Positions 13,460-27,187 are shown, counted from the whole stretch's first letter. The stretch: DNA of 62,927 nt, filler included, from Ministeria vibrans ATCC 50519 (GCA_943704425.1; 8 parts of 8 records of this genome joined end to end with filler, not necessarily neighbours in it), one strand, 5' to 3'. Notes: generated by a model not told the origin, from the sequence alone. Made by a program: numbers and translations.

Positions 13460-13988
13460 GTAGTTTGAACTTGATCCTCTGCACACAATGCAGAGGTTAG
13501 GTCGCCATCACTCCGTACAATGTGTGCACGTCGGTGGCCAGCCCGGCCAGACCGCAGTAGAGTGTGTCGTCGATTCTGAAAATCTTCTGGAAGTCACAAG
13601 CAATCGTTTGCGCCTGCATGCCCAGTCGTCGGTCGGCTACGGGAGGGGGGCAGGGTGCATCAGCGTATCACAGGACATGTGCCACCATGCATGGGCCGCG
13701 GCACGACTTAGTGCCTCGCGAAGTGGAAAGTCAAAGACCAATGGGCTGTTTTTTTTTTTTTCCTAATCATCTGGACACACAGAGCGAAAGGCCATTGCGA
13801 CGAAGCGAGCCACCTGTTCCCTACCTGCAATCGCAACACACCCCTTGCCGACCATTGCTACGACGGCCGAGCCGTTATATTCCATAATACTCTACAAATG
13901 GAAAATCATGAATGTTCCAAACGACGATCGGATGGCACACACACACGGCGGCAGCACGCTCCACGCAAAGGCTACGGCCCCTTACCAT
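13460..13988 (-). CDS. PSMB3: Proteasome subunit beta-3, 5' part (3' end lost at the contig edge)
   Basis: ATG-only first exon, then [20 protein letters not shown] and [38 protein letters not shown]. Confidence 0.9.
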
Positions 13989-14284
13989 GATGAACGCCTC
14001 GCTCGGTGCTATGTTGAGACACGAGTAAGTACTGTAAGTTGTCGTGGACACAAAAAATTAAACTTTTCAATCGACGATTTCGAATAAGTTTTGATCATTC
14101 ATTCGATTTCCTGCTTTTAGTCTACGGTCGCAACGGTCTCTCTCACTTTATCCGATGTACACAGTGTTTAGTATTCTGTTTAGTATTCAATTTGTTCACC
14201 CCGTGTGTTATGTGTCTCCATTGTCTCCGACTCTTAATCGATTCTAATTGCAATTGTCAATCCCCAGTGCCAGAAGACGACACG

Positions 14285-17200
14285 TTAGCGCTCAAGCTCG
14301 ACTGTCGCTTGCTCACTTATCTCTTGCAACTGCGGCAAGAAGCGCATGATGTTGCGCTCGACGTAGTGCAGGAGACTCGTCGCTGGCACAGTCGGCTCCT
14401 CAGCACTCATGATCGGAAGCGATACGTCTCCCCCATCACCAACGCTACTGGTCAGACAGAAGCCACACGCCTTCTCCATGAGTCGCCAGTGGTGCGCTTG
14501 CAGTGCTCCATTGCGCAGTACCCTCACCAGTGGCACCAGTTCCTTGAATCTGTCCAGCTGGCGGGTGTGCGCGTCCACCGCACGTACCAGACCAGGCAGT
14601 CCCTGCTCTTGAAAGACTCGTCCTAGACGGTGGAATGTGCGCGACATCTCGTCCATCTTCACCTCAAGCTGCGCCACGTCCACACTGCAAAGGGGCCCAC
14701 GCAACCAACTCTCCTGCTTCGTAATCCAGTGCACCGCAGTGCTCCACAGTGCCGCATGGGGCTCGAGCAATGTACGCAGCTCGTCAAAGTGCGCCCCATA
14801 CTCACTCGGTTCCCACTCAAGAAGTTCCTCGTCGCCCCGCAGTGCCTCCACCGTGTTGCGTGCCTCCTCAAGACGCTGTTCAATCTCCTCAATTTCCTCC
14901 AGGTATCGTTTGCGCTCGACTGGCGTGTCCTTGCTACGAAATGCGCTAATGTCCTCGCGCACCTGCGCAAGACGCGCGTCAATCTCGTTTGCGCGCGCAC
15001 GCAGCTCATTGCCCGCCTTCATCTTGGCACCCTCCATACGCAAAAGCGCACCGTCAAGGATATCCTGAATGCGCAGTGGCCAGCGCATTGTACGCCCATT
15101 CAGTGCGACATCGTCAGCCGAGAGCACTGCAAAGTCCATCAGCAGCTCTAGACGCTCACACGCGAGCACAATCCGATCGCGCAGTCGCGGCAGTGTCTCG
15201 TTGCGCCCCCGTGACACATACTCAACGAGCTCGCGGATCTCTTGCGGCGTGCGTCGCGCACGCCCCACCGTCGCTGTCAACTCTTCAAATGCACTGCATG
15301 TTGCAGTATTCTCCTTGCGACTCACACGCACCACCGACTGCACAATGTCACTAGCAAGCGACAGTGCTCGCTCGGAGAGTCGTGCGTGCAGTTCGGCAAA
15401 GTCCACGTGCACTACTCCAACACGGTGCTCGTCGGGCATGTCCTGTACCGTTTCCGCAAGTGCCCGGTAGCGCAAGATCTCTGCGCGACACAGCTCGAGA
15501 GAGGGTGACTCGGCGAGAAACTGGCGCACCCGCTCGCCCGCCTCGGGAGTTAGCAGAAAGCGTACGTCTGCATACGCATTGAGAAGTGCCTGCACTGGCT
15601 GGGCCACTTCACTGAGCACGCGAGCCAGATCGTGGCGCATGGCGCGCACTCGCTCGTCACTAGCCGGAGTTGGATCCGACCCAAACAAGTACTGGTGGGA
15701 GTCGCTGGAAAACGCAAGCGTCTCAACGCGTGGCAGCTGCTTCACACTTGCTGCAAGGCTGTCAAAGGCGCGCAATACACCATCTAAACACATGGATTCA
15801 ACCAGAGCCGTGAGCGAGGGACAAAGAAGAAAGGGGAACAAACAAAAATAACAAAAGGCAGTCAGTTTTCACTGACACACAACTGTATGCATGCTTGCGT
15901 ACTGGTGAGTCGGGCAAAGGATGGGTCGGTCGCAATGGTCTGCTCGACTGGGCGCATTTGAATGAGAAGAAGGGGTGGGAGGAAGGACTCCGGACGACTG
16001 TGGGCGACAAAAAGGCCGTGCATGGCCGAGAGGGCAGGCAAGAGCAGCGAGTGGCGCACGAGAGATTCCATCAGAACCGCGACAGAGCAGAAGAAGCTGT
16101 CGATGCGTGCAAATGCCCCGTCTGCATTGCCCCTCAAGTGCGCCGCTAGCTGTTGCCATTCGTCTTCACGTCTGACAAACGCCTGTGCCAGTGGCGCAAT
16201 CCATTGGTCAACAAGGGCCGCCGTGGCGTGCGAGTGTGTAGTGCGGATGAGCTCAGAGAGAATACTCAGGCGACAGGGCGTTACGCCACGCACTGTCTCA
16301 ACATCAAACAGCGTCACACGACTGGAGTGCTCGCGATTGTGCGGATCGGCGATCATTGCATGGAATGTGTCCAGCACCAACGCCGACAGCGGATGCGTCG
16401 CATTGAGCGTGTTTTGCAGGCTCTCGCGTGCGGCAACCACTCTGTCGTGCCAGGGGAGTACACCAAAGCGTAGCCCAGTGCGATCGTGCCGTACAGATGA
16501 CATAGTGAGTCGTAGGCGCTGCTGTTGTGCTGGCGCCAGCAGTATGTACTCGACCACGGAGCGGCGGAGTGCCGCGGCGTGCGCCTCCTTCACCTGTACT
16601 ACAGCCTGGCGCAACAGTCGATGGTGCGTAATCATGTAGCGCACAGTTGCAACGCTCAATTTGGATGGGCGACATGCGTCACTAGCAGTTGGCTCCCCCG
16701 AGCTCATCATGTACGTGTGTGCGTCGTGCTCATGGACAGCGCGATGCGTCAGCGCGCCATCATATTTTGCACGAGTGTGACCTGCTGAGCGTGTGCCGTG
16801 TGTGGCAAGTGTGGCGGCAATGGGAGTATTATGTGCGGGCTGAATCATCGTGTCCGGGAACAGTTGTCGAATGCGTCGCAATGTGGTGTCGGCCGTGCGT
16901 GTCGTCTGTGCTCCAGATCCGATTGCATTTGTAGTGTTGCGGATTATGCCACCACTGTTGTGAATGATGTCGTCGTCGTCATCATCGTCGTCGTCGTCGT
17001 CACTTGTCCCAAAAGTGTCGTACATGGACGAGGGCAGCAAGCGTATAATCTTGTGGACGGTTTGCTCCTCAAGAGAAGCAATGTCGTCAGACGCAAATTG
17101 GCGTTGCGCAAGTTGAAGTATTTGCTGCAGGCGCTGCGCACTCGTATCATCCGCAGGCTCCGCCGCTCGTGTATGTCCTTCGACAGACAGATGGTGAAGG

Positions 17201-17604
17201 CTGCAAAAGATTGGCTCCACTTCGACCTGCAAGGGCGAGTCGTCGCACGCGGTGTCCATTTGTGTCGACAGCGTCGTCTCGCGAGCGTTGTGCTGGGGAT
17301 GTTGCTGTGACGTTCGCTTTGCTACACCACGCATAGTCTGCGTCGAAAGCGACTGTGCTGCTGGCGAGTAGTGGCTCCCCACACTGTCACTGGTACCTTG
17401 TTGGTAGGGTGCACAGATGAAGGGCGACGCGCGCGTCCAGACCGACTTCTTCAACAACGTCGGTATGTGTCCGTCCTGACACGACTCAAATTGTTGCTGG
17501 CCGACACTAGGAAGCACTGTTGCAGATGGTGGCACACTCTCGTGTCCAATCGCAACTGCCTGCGTGCATAACTCAAATGAATTGGGGAGAAAGGTCGTTG
17601 CCAT
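14285..17604 (-). CDS. Axonemal inner-arm (DNAH3/7/12-like) dynein heavy chain tail only; no AAA motor
   Basis: LRRSVVEYILL, TMRWPLRI, EELLEWEPSEY, LEPHAALW, WLRGPL, FKELVPLVRVLRNGALQAHHW, LQEISEQA, then TAA at 14285; one intron at about 15809-15886. Confidence 0.75.
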
Positions 17605-17806
17605 GGGAGACAGAAGAAAACCCGCAATACAAACGTACCATTCGAGACGACATGATAAACCTATTGTAAATTCGTCTTTAGACTGCGACTCGACTGTCTG
17701 AGGTCTGAAAGTCGAGAGTGAGAATAATCAATCTGGTTGTATTTTGTACTAGCTTTGAAATGAGAATCAACTCAATCAACCAAAATCAATATTCAATCTT
17801 AAAAAT

Positions 17807-18931
17807 ATGGATTTCGCTGACGTGATAAAGGTCCCCATGGTGAAGAATGCCCTGTGGCAGACCGCTGGCGGTAAGATCCAGGGCACGATGGTCCTCACGG
17901 CGCACCACATCATCTTCTCGTCGGCCGAAACGGAGATCATGGTACGCCTCACCCTACCCGGCCCCTCGCCGCCCCTCACGCGCCTCTCTCTCCCCCCAGC
18001 TGCTCTATACTGCCATTGAATCATGCGACGTCCGTTTAAATTCCAAGTAAGAACTGACACCAAAAAAAAAAAAAAGGACAGTAAAACTGTTCGTTTTCGC
18101 CATGCAGCGCTCCCAGCGGCCTCTTATTACGACTGAAGAACTTCCGTATGATACAACTGTATATACCATCCGAGTCGGAATGTCGCGAGGTCAACAGCTC
18201 CATCGCAAAGCTCATGTTTACCGAAGACCCCTTCCGCCTGCGCCCCTTCTTCACGCCGCACACGGACGAGGCCAACGCCGGCTGGCATGTCTACGACACC
18301 GTCCGCGAGCTGCGTCGGCTGCACGTCCTCCCGGTGGTCGCCACGGAACAGACCCCCTGGCGCATCAGCACTGCCAACATTGCCTTCAAGGTGCGCATGC
18401 CCCTCCTGACGCACCAGCTCACCACTCTCATCGATGTGTTCCCCTGTAGCTTTGTCCCACCTATCCACCCGTGGTGTGCATTCCGACAGAAACAACCGAT
18501 GCTCTCTTGAGTGAAGCAGCGCGCTTCCGGAACGGCTCACGCTTTCCCATTCTCTCCTACCACCATCCGCCGACCAGAGTAACCAATTCGAGACGAGACT
18601 TTACATCATGTTTGACACTCCCGTTCTCCATTGCATGTGGGTATCTCACCCAGGCAGTGGTGATCCGTAGCAGCGCACCGTTTGCCGTGCCTGCGAGCCT
18701 GACACGACGTAATGCATCGGACGAGCAACTGCTCCGTTCGATGCTGCGAGCGACGGCGACAGGACGCGGTGTCATTATGGACGTGCGGGCCATGTCCTCC
18801 GTGGTCAACGTGCGCCAGAAGAAGGGCGGCGACCCCGAAGCAGTTCTTGGCTACAACGCCTATAAGCGCATCTTCCTCTCCCTCGACGCTCCCTCAGTGC
18901 TCCGCGACGGTCTCTTCCGACTGCTCGAAGG
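17807..18931 (+). CDS. Myotubularin-related protein (MTMR9-like), 5' part
   Basis: MDFADVIKVPMV, GTMVLTAHHIIFS (PH-GRAM), WRISTANIAFK, FRNGSRFPILSYHH, RSSAP. Confidence 0.82.
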
Positions 18932-19097
18932 TAGGACTATGTGCAGTGTGATGTGCGCGCGTCTTATTTATAACTGTATCATTGATAACACTTTGTCTGT
19001 TTTTTGTTTTTTTTTCTCTTAATCTCACTTTGTTTCTCTTTCCTTTTCTACCACTTTGTTTGCATTGCTTTTCTCTCTCACACACTTTGTTTTATCC

Positions 19098-19144
<47 letters not shown>

Positions 19145-19150
19145 GTGTGT

Positions 19151-19250
19151 NNNNNNNNNNNNNNNNNNNNNNNNNNNNNNNNNNNNNNNNNNNNTTAATT
19201 AATTAANNNNNNNNNNNNNNNNNNNNNNNNNNNNNNNNNNNNNNNNNNNN
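19151..19250. other. Artificial contig linker
   Basis: N44-TTAATTAATTAA-N44. Confidence 0.97.
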
Positions 19251-19304
<54 letters not shown>

Positions 19305-19562
19305 AAGAGAAACAAAAGAGAAACAAAGTGATAGAGAGAGAGAGAGAGAGAAACAAAAGAGAAACAAAAGAGAAACAAAGTGATAGAGAGTGAGAAAGAA
19401 GAGGGAAAGAAACAAAGTGATAGAGAGAGAGAAAGGGAAAGAAACAAAGTGATAGAGAGTGAGTGAATGAAAGAGAGAGAGAGAGAGAGAGAGAGTGTGT
19501 GTGTGTGTGTGTGTTTGTGTGTGCGAGGAGAGACTCACTCACCAAAAATCATTTCATTTCAG

Positions 19563-20397
19563 CGCGGTACCCTCCAAGACAGTATTGAAACCATGAGAGC
19601 GACAAACCGTGGCTTTAGCGAAGACGATCTTCTCGAGACCTTCCGCGGCATTTGCCTGGCATTGCGCGAGTGTCACCACTACAAGAACGACCAAGGTAGT
19701 GCAAAATGTAAACTAAAATAATAATATTATTTATACTGTGCTGTCTGTGCCTTTGTGGTGTGTGTATAGGACCATTTGCACTGGCACACCGAGACGTGAA
19801 ACCGGGCAACGTACTGCTCAAGGACGACGGGACGCCCGTCCTCATGGACTTTGGGTCGATGGCCAAGGCACGCGTACACATTGCGACGCGCAAGGAGGCC
19901 GTAGTGCTGCAGGACACGGCCGCTGAGCGCTGCTCCATGCCCTATCGTGCCCCCGAGCTCTTTAATGTTCCTTCTGATTCTGTCATTGACGAGCGTGTTG
20001 ATATTTGGGTAATAATATTCACAATAAGAATAAGATCATTGAGAGATGATTCTGTGTCGTGTATGACTTGTAGAGTCTGGGGTGTACATTGTACGCGATT
20101 GCGTATCACGAGTCGCCGTTTGAAGCAGTGGTGAATGAGAAAGGGGGCAGTTTGGCAATGGCAGTGCAGTCAGGCCGAATCACCTTTCCCGTCAACGACA
20201 AGTATTCTCGCACCGTCTCCGACCTGATCCAATTTATGCTTGTGCTGGACCACACACAACGGCCCTCGATTGACGATGTTCTTCAGCGTCTCGATGGCGA
20301 TGATATTCCGCCTGTCTCGTCCAAGACGGGCGACCCTCTCTTGCCCTCTGCCGAAGATGATATTGCCTCTGCATCTACTGCCCTGGTAGCACAATAG
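19563..20397 (+). CDS. STK16: Ser/Thr kinase STK16 (NAK family), 3' part
   Basis: AHRDVKPGNVLL, LMDFGSMAKAR, AAERCSMPYRAPELF, IDERVDIW, GGSLAMAVQSG. Confidence 0.9.
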
Positions 20398-20511
20398 CTG
20401 TGAATGAAAACAACTTCTAAAAGCCACACACGTATACTAAAATCTAAAAAGAAAAAAAATATATATATCAAAAATTTTCAGGTTTTATTTTCATTAATAT
20501 TTTTTTATTCA

Positions 20512-21771
20512 ATGGTCTCACTGGGCATCCCTGGCCCTCGATTGGCTTCCGATGAGAGCCCTTGGTGGGTCAGTAAGATTGGAGGCGTACCGGCGTACAT
20601 GGAGGGCGCCAGCGGACCCGCCGAGGAGACGCTGGAGTGCGACGTGTGCAGCGCTCCTCGTCTGCTCGCGGCGCAGGTGTATGCGCCGCTAGGGTCGGGC
20701 GCCGACGAGGAACGGACGCTCCAGGTGTTTGCTTGTCGTCACGGACGATGCCAGAACAGTCGCAAAGGTTGGCTGGTGTGGAGAACGCAGGCACGGCGGG
20801 CAGCGAAAGGGGGCAGCAAGGGGAGCGACACGAGAACGCACGCCACGCCAACTGTGGAAGAGGCACTCGCTGCCTGTTCGCTGGAGTCGCACGACAACGA
20901 AGAAGACGCAGCCATGGGGTTTGGCGCGACTGATGACTGGAGTATGGCTGCAGGCGCATCTGCGACAGACACGTCGTTTGATGCGCCAGACATGGATGAA
21001 TTGGAAGCGATGCTGATGGCAAGGGACACTCGCACCAAGAATAAAGTTGTCCAGGAATCGCCGTTGCCGTTGCCGTCATCGTCATCGTCAGCGTCCGCTT
21101 CGAAAGCAAAGGGCAAAGAGAAGAAGGCCAACGAAAAGACAACAGCACCATGTAAACCGACGACTACTTCTACGGGCTCAAGTGAGTACTTTCCATCGTA
21201 CCAACTGGACACGGTTGACGAACCAGACGTGCCGGAGCGTACACCGTTGACAGCGCACGAGCGAGCTCTTCTGGCCGACTACGAGCGACGCGAAGGCTCT
21301 GTTGAGTCCCTGCTGCGTGGGTCCTCGTCACACCACAGCAGCAGCAGCAGCAGTACCAACGAAGAGTGGTCGGGCGAGACGTATGAAAAGTCCGACATTG
21401 CCGATCGAGCGTTGCACAAGTTTCACAAGCGACTGATGCGCGCTCCATCGCAGGCCATGCGCTATGCGTACGACGACACACCTCTGCGCGCCACTGCCGA
21501 CACACGGCCCGCAGACGCGCGACAACCGCCGCGATGTGTCCACTGCGGTGCACTCTGTCGCTTTGAACTACAGCTCATCTCGACCCTGGTGCCCTTTCTA
21601 AATGTGTTTGACAAGGAAGCAGAGGCGAGTGGCGATCTGCGTGCCGTTGTGCTCGATGGCGTGGACGGCGCTGCCAACTGGAATACCGTTGTCGTGTACA
21701 GCTGTGAGCTGAGTTGTCGTGTGCCCGACGCCCAGGGCGGACTCACTGAGTGTGTTGCAGAGGTTCATTAA
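20512..21771 (+). CDS. PDCD2L: PDCD2-like uS5 chaperone (PDCD2L/TSR4 type), intronless
   Basis: SKIGGVP, CxxC..LAAQVYAPL..RTLQVFAC, GETYEK, FHKRL..PSQAMRY, CVHCG..RFELQL, WNTVVVYSCELSC. Confidence 0.87.
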   Translation: MVSLGIPGPRLASDESPWWVSKIGGVPAYMEGASGPAEETLECDVCSAPRLLAAQVYAPLGSGADEERTLQVFACRHGRCQNSRKGWLVWRTQARRAAKGGSKGSDTRTHATPTVEEALAACSLESHDNEEDAAMGFGATDDWSMAAGASATDTSFDAPDMDELEAMLMARDTRTKNKVVQESPLPLPSSSSSASASKAKGKEKKANEKTTAPCKPTTTSTGSSEYFPSYQLDTVDEPDVPERTPLTAHERALLADYERREGSVESLLRGSSSHHSSSSSSTNEEWSGETYEKSDIADRALHKFHKRLMRAPSQAMRYAYDDTPLRATADTRPADARQPPRCVHCGALCRFELQLISTLVPFLNVFDKEAEASGDLRAVVLDGVDGAANWNTVVVYSCELSCRVPDAQGGLTECVAEVH

Positions 21772-21899
21772 GTGACAAAGGGAGAATGATTATTAATAAT
21801 TGTATAGTACATAATCACGTCTTTTCGTTGTAATAAGATAGTTTACAAAGTGTCTGTGTGTGCATGCATGGTTGACGGGTTGTTGTCCTTGATAGTTTG

Positions 21900-22672
21900 T
21901 TATAGCATGTCGTCGAGCCACGCTTGCATGTCGTCTTCAGCAGGAGCAGTAGCAGCAGCAGCACTTGGTGTCGCTGACTCAGTGGCGAGACCAAGCAAGC
22001 GGTCGAGGTCCTCTTCAGCCGCACTCGGTGCTGATGCAGGTGCAGGTGCGGGTGCGGGTGCGGGTGCAGGTGTGCTTGCCACTTTGGTGACGGCAAATGT
22101 TTCGGGCGTGGGTCGTTTGTGTCGGTTCGATTCAACAACGACCCCTACGGGTGCCACAGGAGCAGTGTTTCCAGCCGAGAGATGGTGTTGCGCAGTCAGT
22201 TCGTCCTCCTAGCAAGAAAAAAGAGACAATGAGAGCGTCAAATGCGAGAATGATGCAGCTGAAAACGCACAGTAAAGAACAGTCGCGTGTCAGCATCATC
22301 AAAGCCGAGTCGTAAGGAACGAGGGAGAGACAGGAGAGACTGAGCGAGAGCAGCAACGTTGACGGCCAAGGTCGTCGCTCCCTCCGCCGTCGTCGTCGTC
22401 GCCGCGTCCACTGCGCGCATCTCGTGCGCCGACAGCCCTGCCGAAAGAGACTCCACCGAGCCTTTCAAGAGCGCCTCGGTCGCCTGCGCATCCTGAAGCG
22501 CCTCATCGTCATCACTCTCATCCTCCCTCGCAAACCGATCCCAATTGCTGTCGGATGGCACCGCAGCACCCCGACCACTCTGCCCCCTGCCACTGCCACT
22601 GCTTCCACCACCGCCACCACGGTTCCATTTGCGCTTGTCCGTTCGCTTCTGGCGTCCTTCAGCCTTTCGCAT
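21900..22672 (-). CDS. AVEN-like protein (cell death regulator Aven family), 2 exons
   Basis: Arg/Gly-rich N-terminus, SNWDRF motif, LAQSLLSLPRSLRLGF, C-terminus EDDMQAWLDDML. Confidence 0.7.
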
Positions 22673-23328
22673 TTCAAAGGTCAAAAAATCTGTAGTCTGT
22701 GTAAATAGTCATAACAAGGGAAATGTCAGAATCATAAAAAGTCAAAACTAAATAACTAATATTAAATATCATTCATTTTGAAGTTTTACATCGGTTGCTA
22801 AGGCCATGGCGTTCACACCAGGCTTAGGGCAGTAAGAAGGAGGGGGGAGGGGGTGATTATCAAATGTGTTTGTTTTCGTGTCATTGTTCTGCCGCTCGTT
22901 GTGCGCCATTATATGATGCACGTGACCTGCCACGTCTTCCCTTTCAACGACACACGCAACCCCGTTGCTCTGCGTGTCTGTCCTTGCGGTTTCTTTGCAA
23001 TTGGGGGGTTTTTGTCGTCCAGCTCAGAAAAATGTTCTGCGATCGTTTGGAGGTTGTTTGTCGTCTTCTGAGTCCCCCCACCGCCTCCCACACACGCCTC
23101 CAAGCCACACCTTCTCCTCGTCTGTCCTATACTATCGTTCAACTGTCGTCTTCCCGTCACACACACACACAAAAAAAAATCCTTTGAGCGTTCCATCTCT
23201 CAACGAAACACAGCGGAAACACACGACTGCGCGCCCCTCCCACGCCCCCCGCGGGCTGCTTGGGCCTCTCTCGCTCCCACGAACGTTCCCTTGCAGCTTC
23301 TCTTTGTCATTCTGTTCCTTTTCCTTTG

Positions 23329-23361
<33 letters not shown>

Positions 23362-23614
23362 NNNNNNNNNNACCCCGGTCTCCATGATTTTGCTCACAAG
23401 ATCCAAATACTTTGTTCTTCGCTGAACTGTTTCGTTCCACTGACACCTGGAGTATGGCGATATCTCCAATATCGCGTTTGTATATCGTTGCCATGGTATC
23501 AGTGTGTTCTCTGGGGCGAGCGAGTGACGCTGAAGCATGCTGTGTGTCCAACATGAAGTAGTTTTGTTCAACAGTTCGGCTGACACTATTTTGCGTAGAA
23601 GAAAAGACAGTGAG

Positions 23615-23768
23615 ATGGTCTATGGCGGTGCTGGAAACGGAGCAGGCGGCGGGGCTGGCAATGGAGCTGGGGACTTTGACAATGGTCTTGGGTTTTACAG
23701 TATGGCAACGACGGGGGCGCCAGGGAACGCCAGTGGTGCCGGATTGTACACGTCGGCCATGCCGTTTG

Positions 23769-23806
<38 letters not shown>

Positions 23807-25692
23807 CAACAACAACAAGCGGGGCTCGGGCAACAGCAGCGAACAAGTGGGCTCACGCTGAACATGGCAGCAGCAGCAGCGTACGATCCAGCGAGAAATG
23901 GACCGCCCTCACCGTACAACAAGAAGGCGAGCGGACTCGCACAGCCGTTGGGGTTGTTGCGCCAGGGCTCGGGCCAAGGCATGCCGCAACAACAAGGGCA
24001 AGGGCAACAACAACCACCGCCACAGCAGCCACAGCAGAATGGGCCCTCTCAAATGGGGAGACAGCCTCAGCCACAACAACAGTTTGGTGGGTTTCCTGGT
24101 GGGAGTTCACCAGCAAGTCCGAGTGTAGCAGGTGGGGGTCTCCCGGCAAACATGAGAATGGGTCCTGCCTCGGCAGGGATGGGCGGTGTAAACATGCAGG
24201 CGATGTTCGGAGGAGGAGGTAGTAATTTTTTTTGTTGGAACAGTGATGGGATTTAATTATGCTTACTGTTGTTGCTTCCAAGGTGGAGGGAATGATTTGG
24301 GTCAAATGGGCGTGTCAGGGTCGGCAGCATCATTGGACATGGCTGATTTCCCAGCATTGGGTGGTGGGCGGAATAGCTCAGTGAACAGTGCAAGTGGCAC
24401 ACCCACAGTGCAGCAGCAGCAGCAGCAGCAGGGTCGTTCGCCGTTTGTGTCACTTCAACAGCAAGGCCAGTCTCTCCCCCCGCAACAGCAACAACCACAA
24501 CATCAACAACTGCCCTTGCAACAGCAACTGCCTTCACAGCACCAGCAACAACAACAACAACAACAGCAGCAGCAGGGTACCTCAATTCCCGGTCAACCTG
24601 TCGCTGCGTCCAACTACCACGATGAGTTTCCCGCATTACCGGGGTCACCTCAGCCTCTTCCGGCCAATGCCAAGGGTCATGGCATGGACGGTGCTCGTTC
24701 ATCTCATCCCAGATCAGATTTATCCGATGAAGTACGTTCAAAAAATAACAGGGAAAGAAAAAGAGAAGGATCTTACAACGACTTGTGCAACTCAGGCAAG
24801 TGCAGCGAAAAAGTATGGCATGATTGGTCTTTTGGATGTGATCCAGCCATCCACGTCGGATCTGACGATGCTCTCCATTGGTACCGATCTCACCACACTT
24901 GGGCTTAACCTCAGCGCACAAGAGTAAGTATATATTGTTGTTTTATTTCATCACTTTTGTTTTTTCTCGCATTTTTTTGTTCTGTTCTTTCTCCCCCTTG
25001 TTCTTTTTTCCCTTTGTTCTTTTTTGTTTCTTTTTTCTCTCTCTCTATCTATCACTTTTTTCTTTCTCCCTCGTTCCTTCCTTTCTCTCTCTCTCTCCCT
25101 CTCTCTCCCTCTCTCTCCTTCTCTCTCCCTCTCTCTCCTTCTCCCCCCCCTTTGCTTCCTTCTCCTCTTGGTTTCTTCCATTCTTTCTCTCATCCTATCA
25201 CTTTGTTTCTTTCTTCCTCTTTTTTGTTAGCACTCTGTACAGTGACTTTTTGACACCGTGGGTAGACGGCCCGTCTGCTCCCAAGATGCCTGCGTTCACC
25301 CTGCCCTCCTGCTACTTTATCCAGCAGCAGCTTCAGCCCGCAGTGCACAAGATTTCGGGTTTCTCCGACGAGACTCTCTTCTACATTTTCTATGCCATGC
25401 CTAGAGACGCCCTTCAGCATGCTGCCGCCGCAGAACTGTATGAACGAACGTCTTGGTCAAAAATGCCCTCTCACGTTGTGCCATTGATATGTTGATTGTT
25501 GTTCTCCTCCCCCATGTCTTTCTCTCTTACCATTCACTTTTGCTCACCCATTGTCTCGTTCCTGTTAGGCAAACACGAGAGTGGCAGTTTAGTCGAGTGG
25601 ATCAGGTCTGGTTCCGACGATCCGAAGGCAAGTCTGTGTATTTTGATGCTCAGGCATGGCAAAAGTATGTCCGCGACGCCCCCTTTCAATAA
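23615..25692 (+). CDS. CNOT2: CCR4-NOT subunit NOT2; start codon approximate
   Basis: Q/G-rich N-terminus, DFPALG motifs, YGMIGLL, LSIGTDLTTLGLNL, NOT-box FSDETLFYIFYAMPRDALQHAAAAEL..REW. Confidence 0.88.
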
Positions 25693-25744
25693 AGAAGAAA
25701 AGAAAAAGAAAAACAAAAACAGCCACGAGAGAAATCGTATATTT

Positions 25745-27111
25745 TTACAGAGTGCATTCAAAGTGAAATATGCCATTGCCAATGAGCTGACAGTGCGAGA
25801 AACACGCGTCAAGACAGAGCGTTGCGTTTGCGTTTGGGGGCACAGTAATGTCCACAGCGAGAGTGTGTGTGTCTCGTCGGTGCCACGCGAGTGAGAGGAG
25901 ACCACGTACCGTCTCCAGCTGAGCACTCGCTCGTGTGATATTAAGTTGCATTGCGGGAATGTGAGGCTCAAGAAGAGGGTGCGAGAAGGCACGGGAGTGT
26001 GGCAGTTGGCGGCCAATGCCCGCCAGACGAGTACGCAGAAATTCGCTGTACGAGTCAAACATGGGATGGTTGTGACTGTACTCATTGTCGGACCATTGCC
26101 AAGATTCTAAACAAAACAAAATAATAATTAAGTTTAGTCATAGTCATTCTCTGTTTCTGTCTCTCATGTCTCTTGTCATTTCACTGTCTCACCCCAAATA
26201 GTAGTGGCTCCTTTCCCAAGCATGAATCCCAACGAAGGAAACCCATCGAGGAGCAGCGACTGCACGACAGTGTCCGTATAGCCCATGTCACTCATTGCAA
26301 GCGTCCACCACCTAAAGCGTCATTGTATTTGTCAAAATTCTCTTGCACACCCCTTCTGCTCATCTTGCCTCATGGAAAACATCCCTCCTTGAAAGTGGCC
26401 TTTGTTCATGACGCGTGTGTGAGCATCAGCAGCACTGGCAATGCGCGAGCGCTCTGTATCTTGGGCCATGTCAAGATAAAGCGGCATGGATTGTGCACAG
26501 TCTGTGCCGCTTACTCCGTGAGCTGTGTCCTCGTAGCGTGCACTTGTGGCGTTGTAGAAGCGAGCGTTGAAAGTATGTCGCACCTGTGTGGCGCGTGTGC
26601 TCCAGCTCAGGGCACTCGAAGTTTCATTGAGCACTGTCGCCACTTCAGTGGCCATTTTGAGGGTCCAGTAATAAAATCCAGTGCCACTCATTGCTGTCGA
26701 TGTCTTATCCACGCTCATCCAATCACCAAGGCCATTGAGTAGCAGATTGTCCTTTGCTTTGACCTCAAGCAACGCCACAAACGCTTTCAGGTCCTCCCAA
26801 ATCTGCCTGAGCACACGCGTCTCTCCATAATGCCGATAAAGACGCACTGCCATAGCTATGGGCGCCACAGCCCAGCCCACAGGCCCCGCATTACCCCCCA
26901 GTCCTGCATCCGAGATCCCCACATACGGCGCAGTCTCCGGGAAGGCTCCTGCCACACCACCCGTCGCACTGAGATAGTCATCAACGCGTTTTAGATAGAA
27001 AGCAGCTGCGTGGAACGAGTGCGACAGTGCCTCCGACGTCGCTTGCATGTCCCCACCATACCCAAAACGTTCGCGCTATTAAAAAAGAAAAATGTCATTA
27101 ATAATTATTCC

Positions 27112-27187
<76 letters not shown>

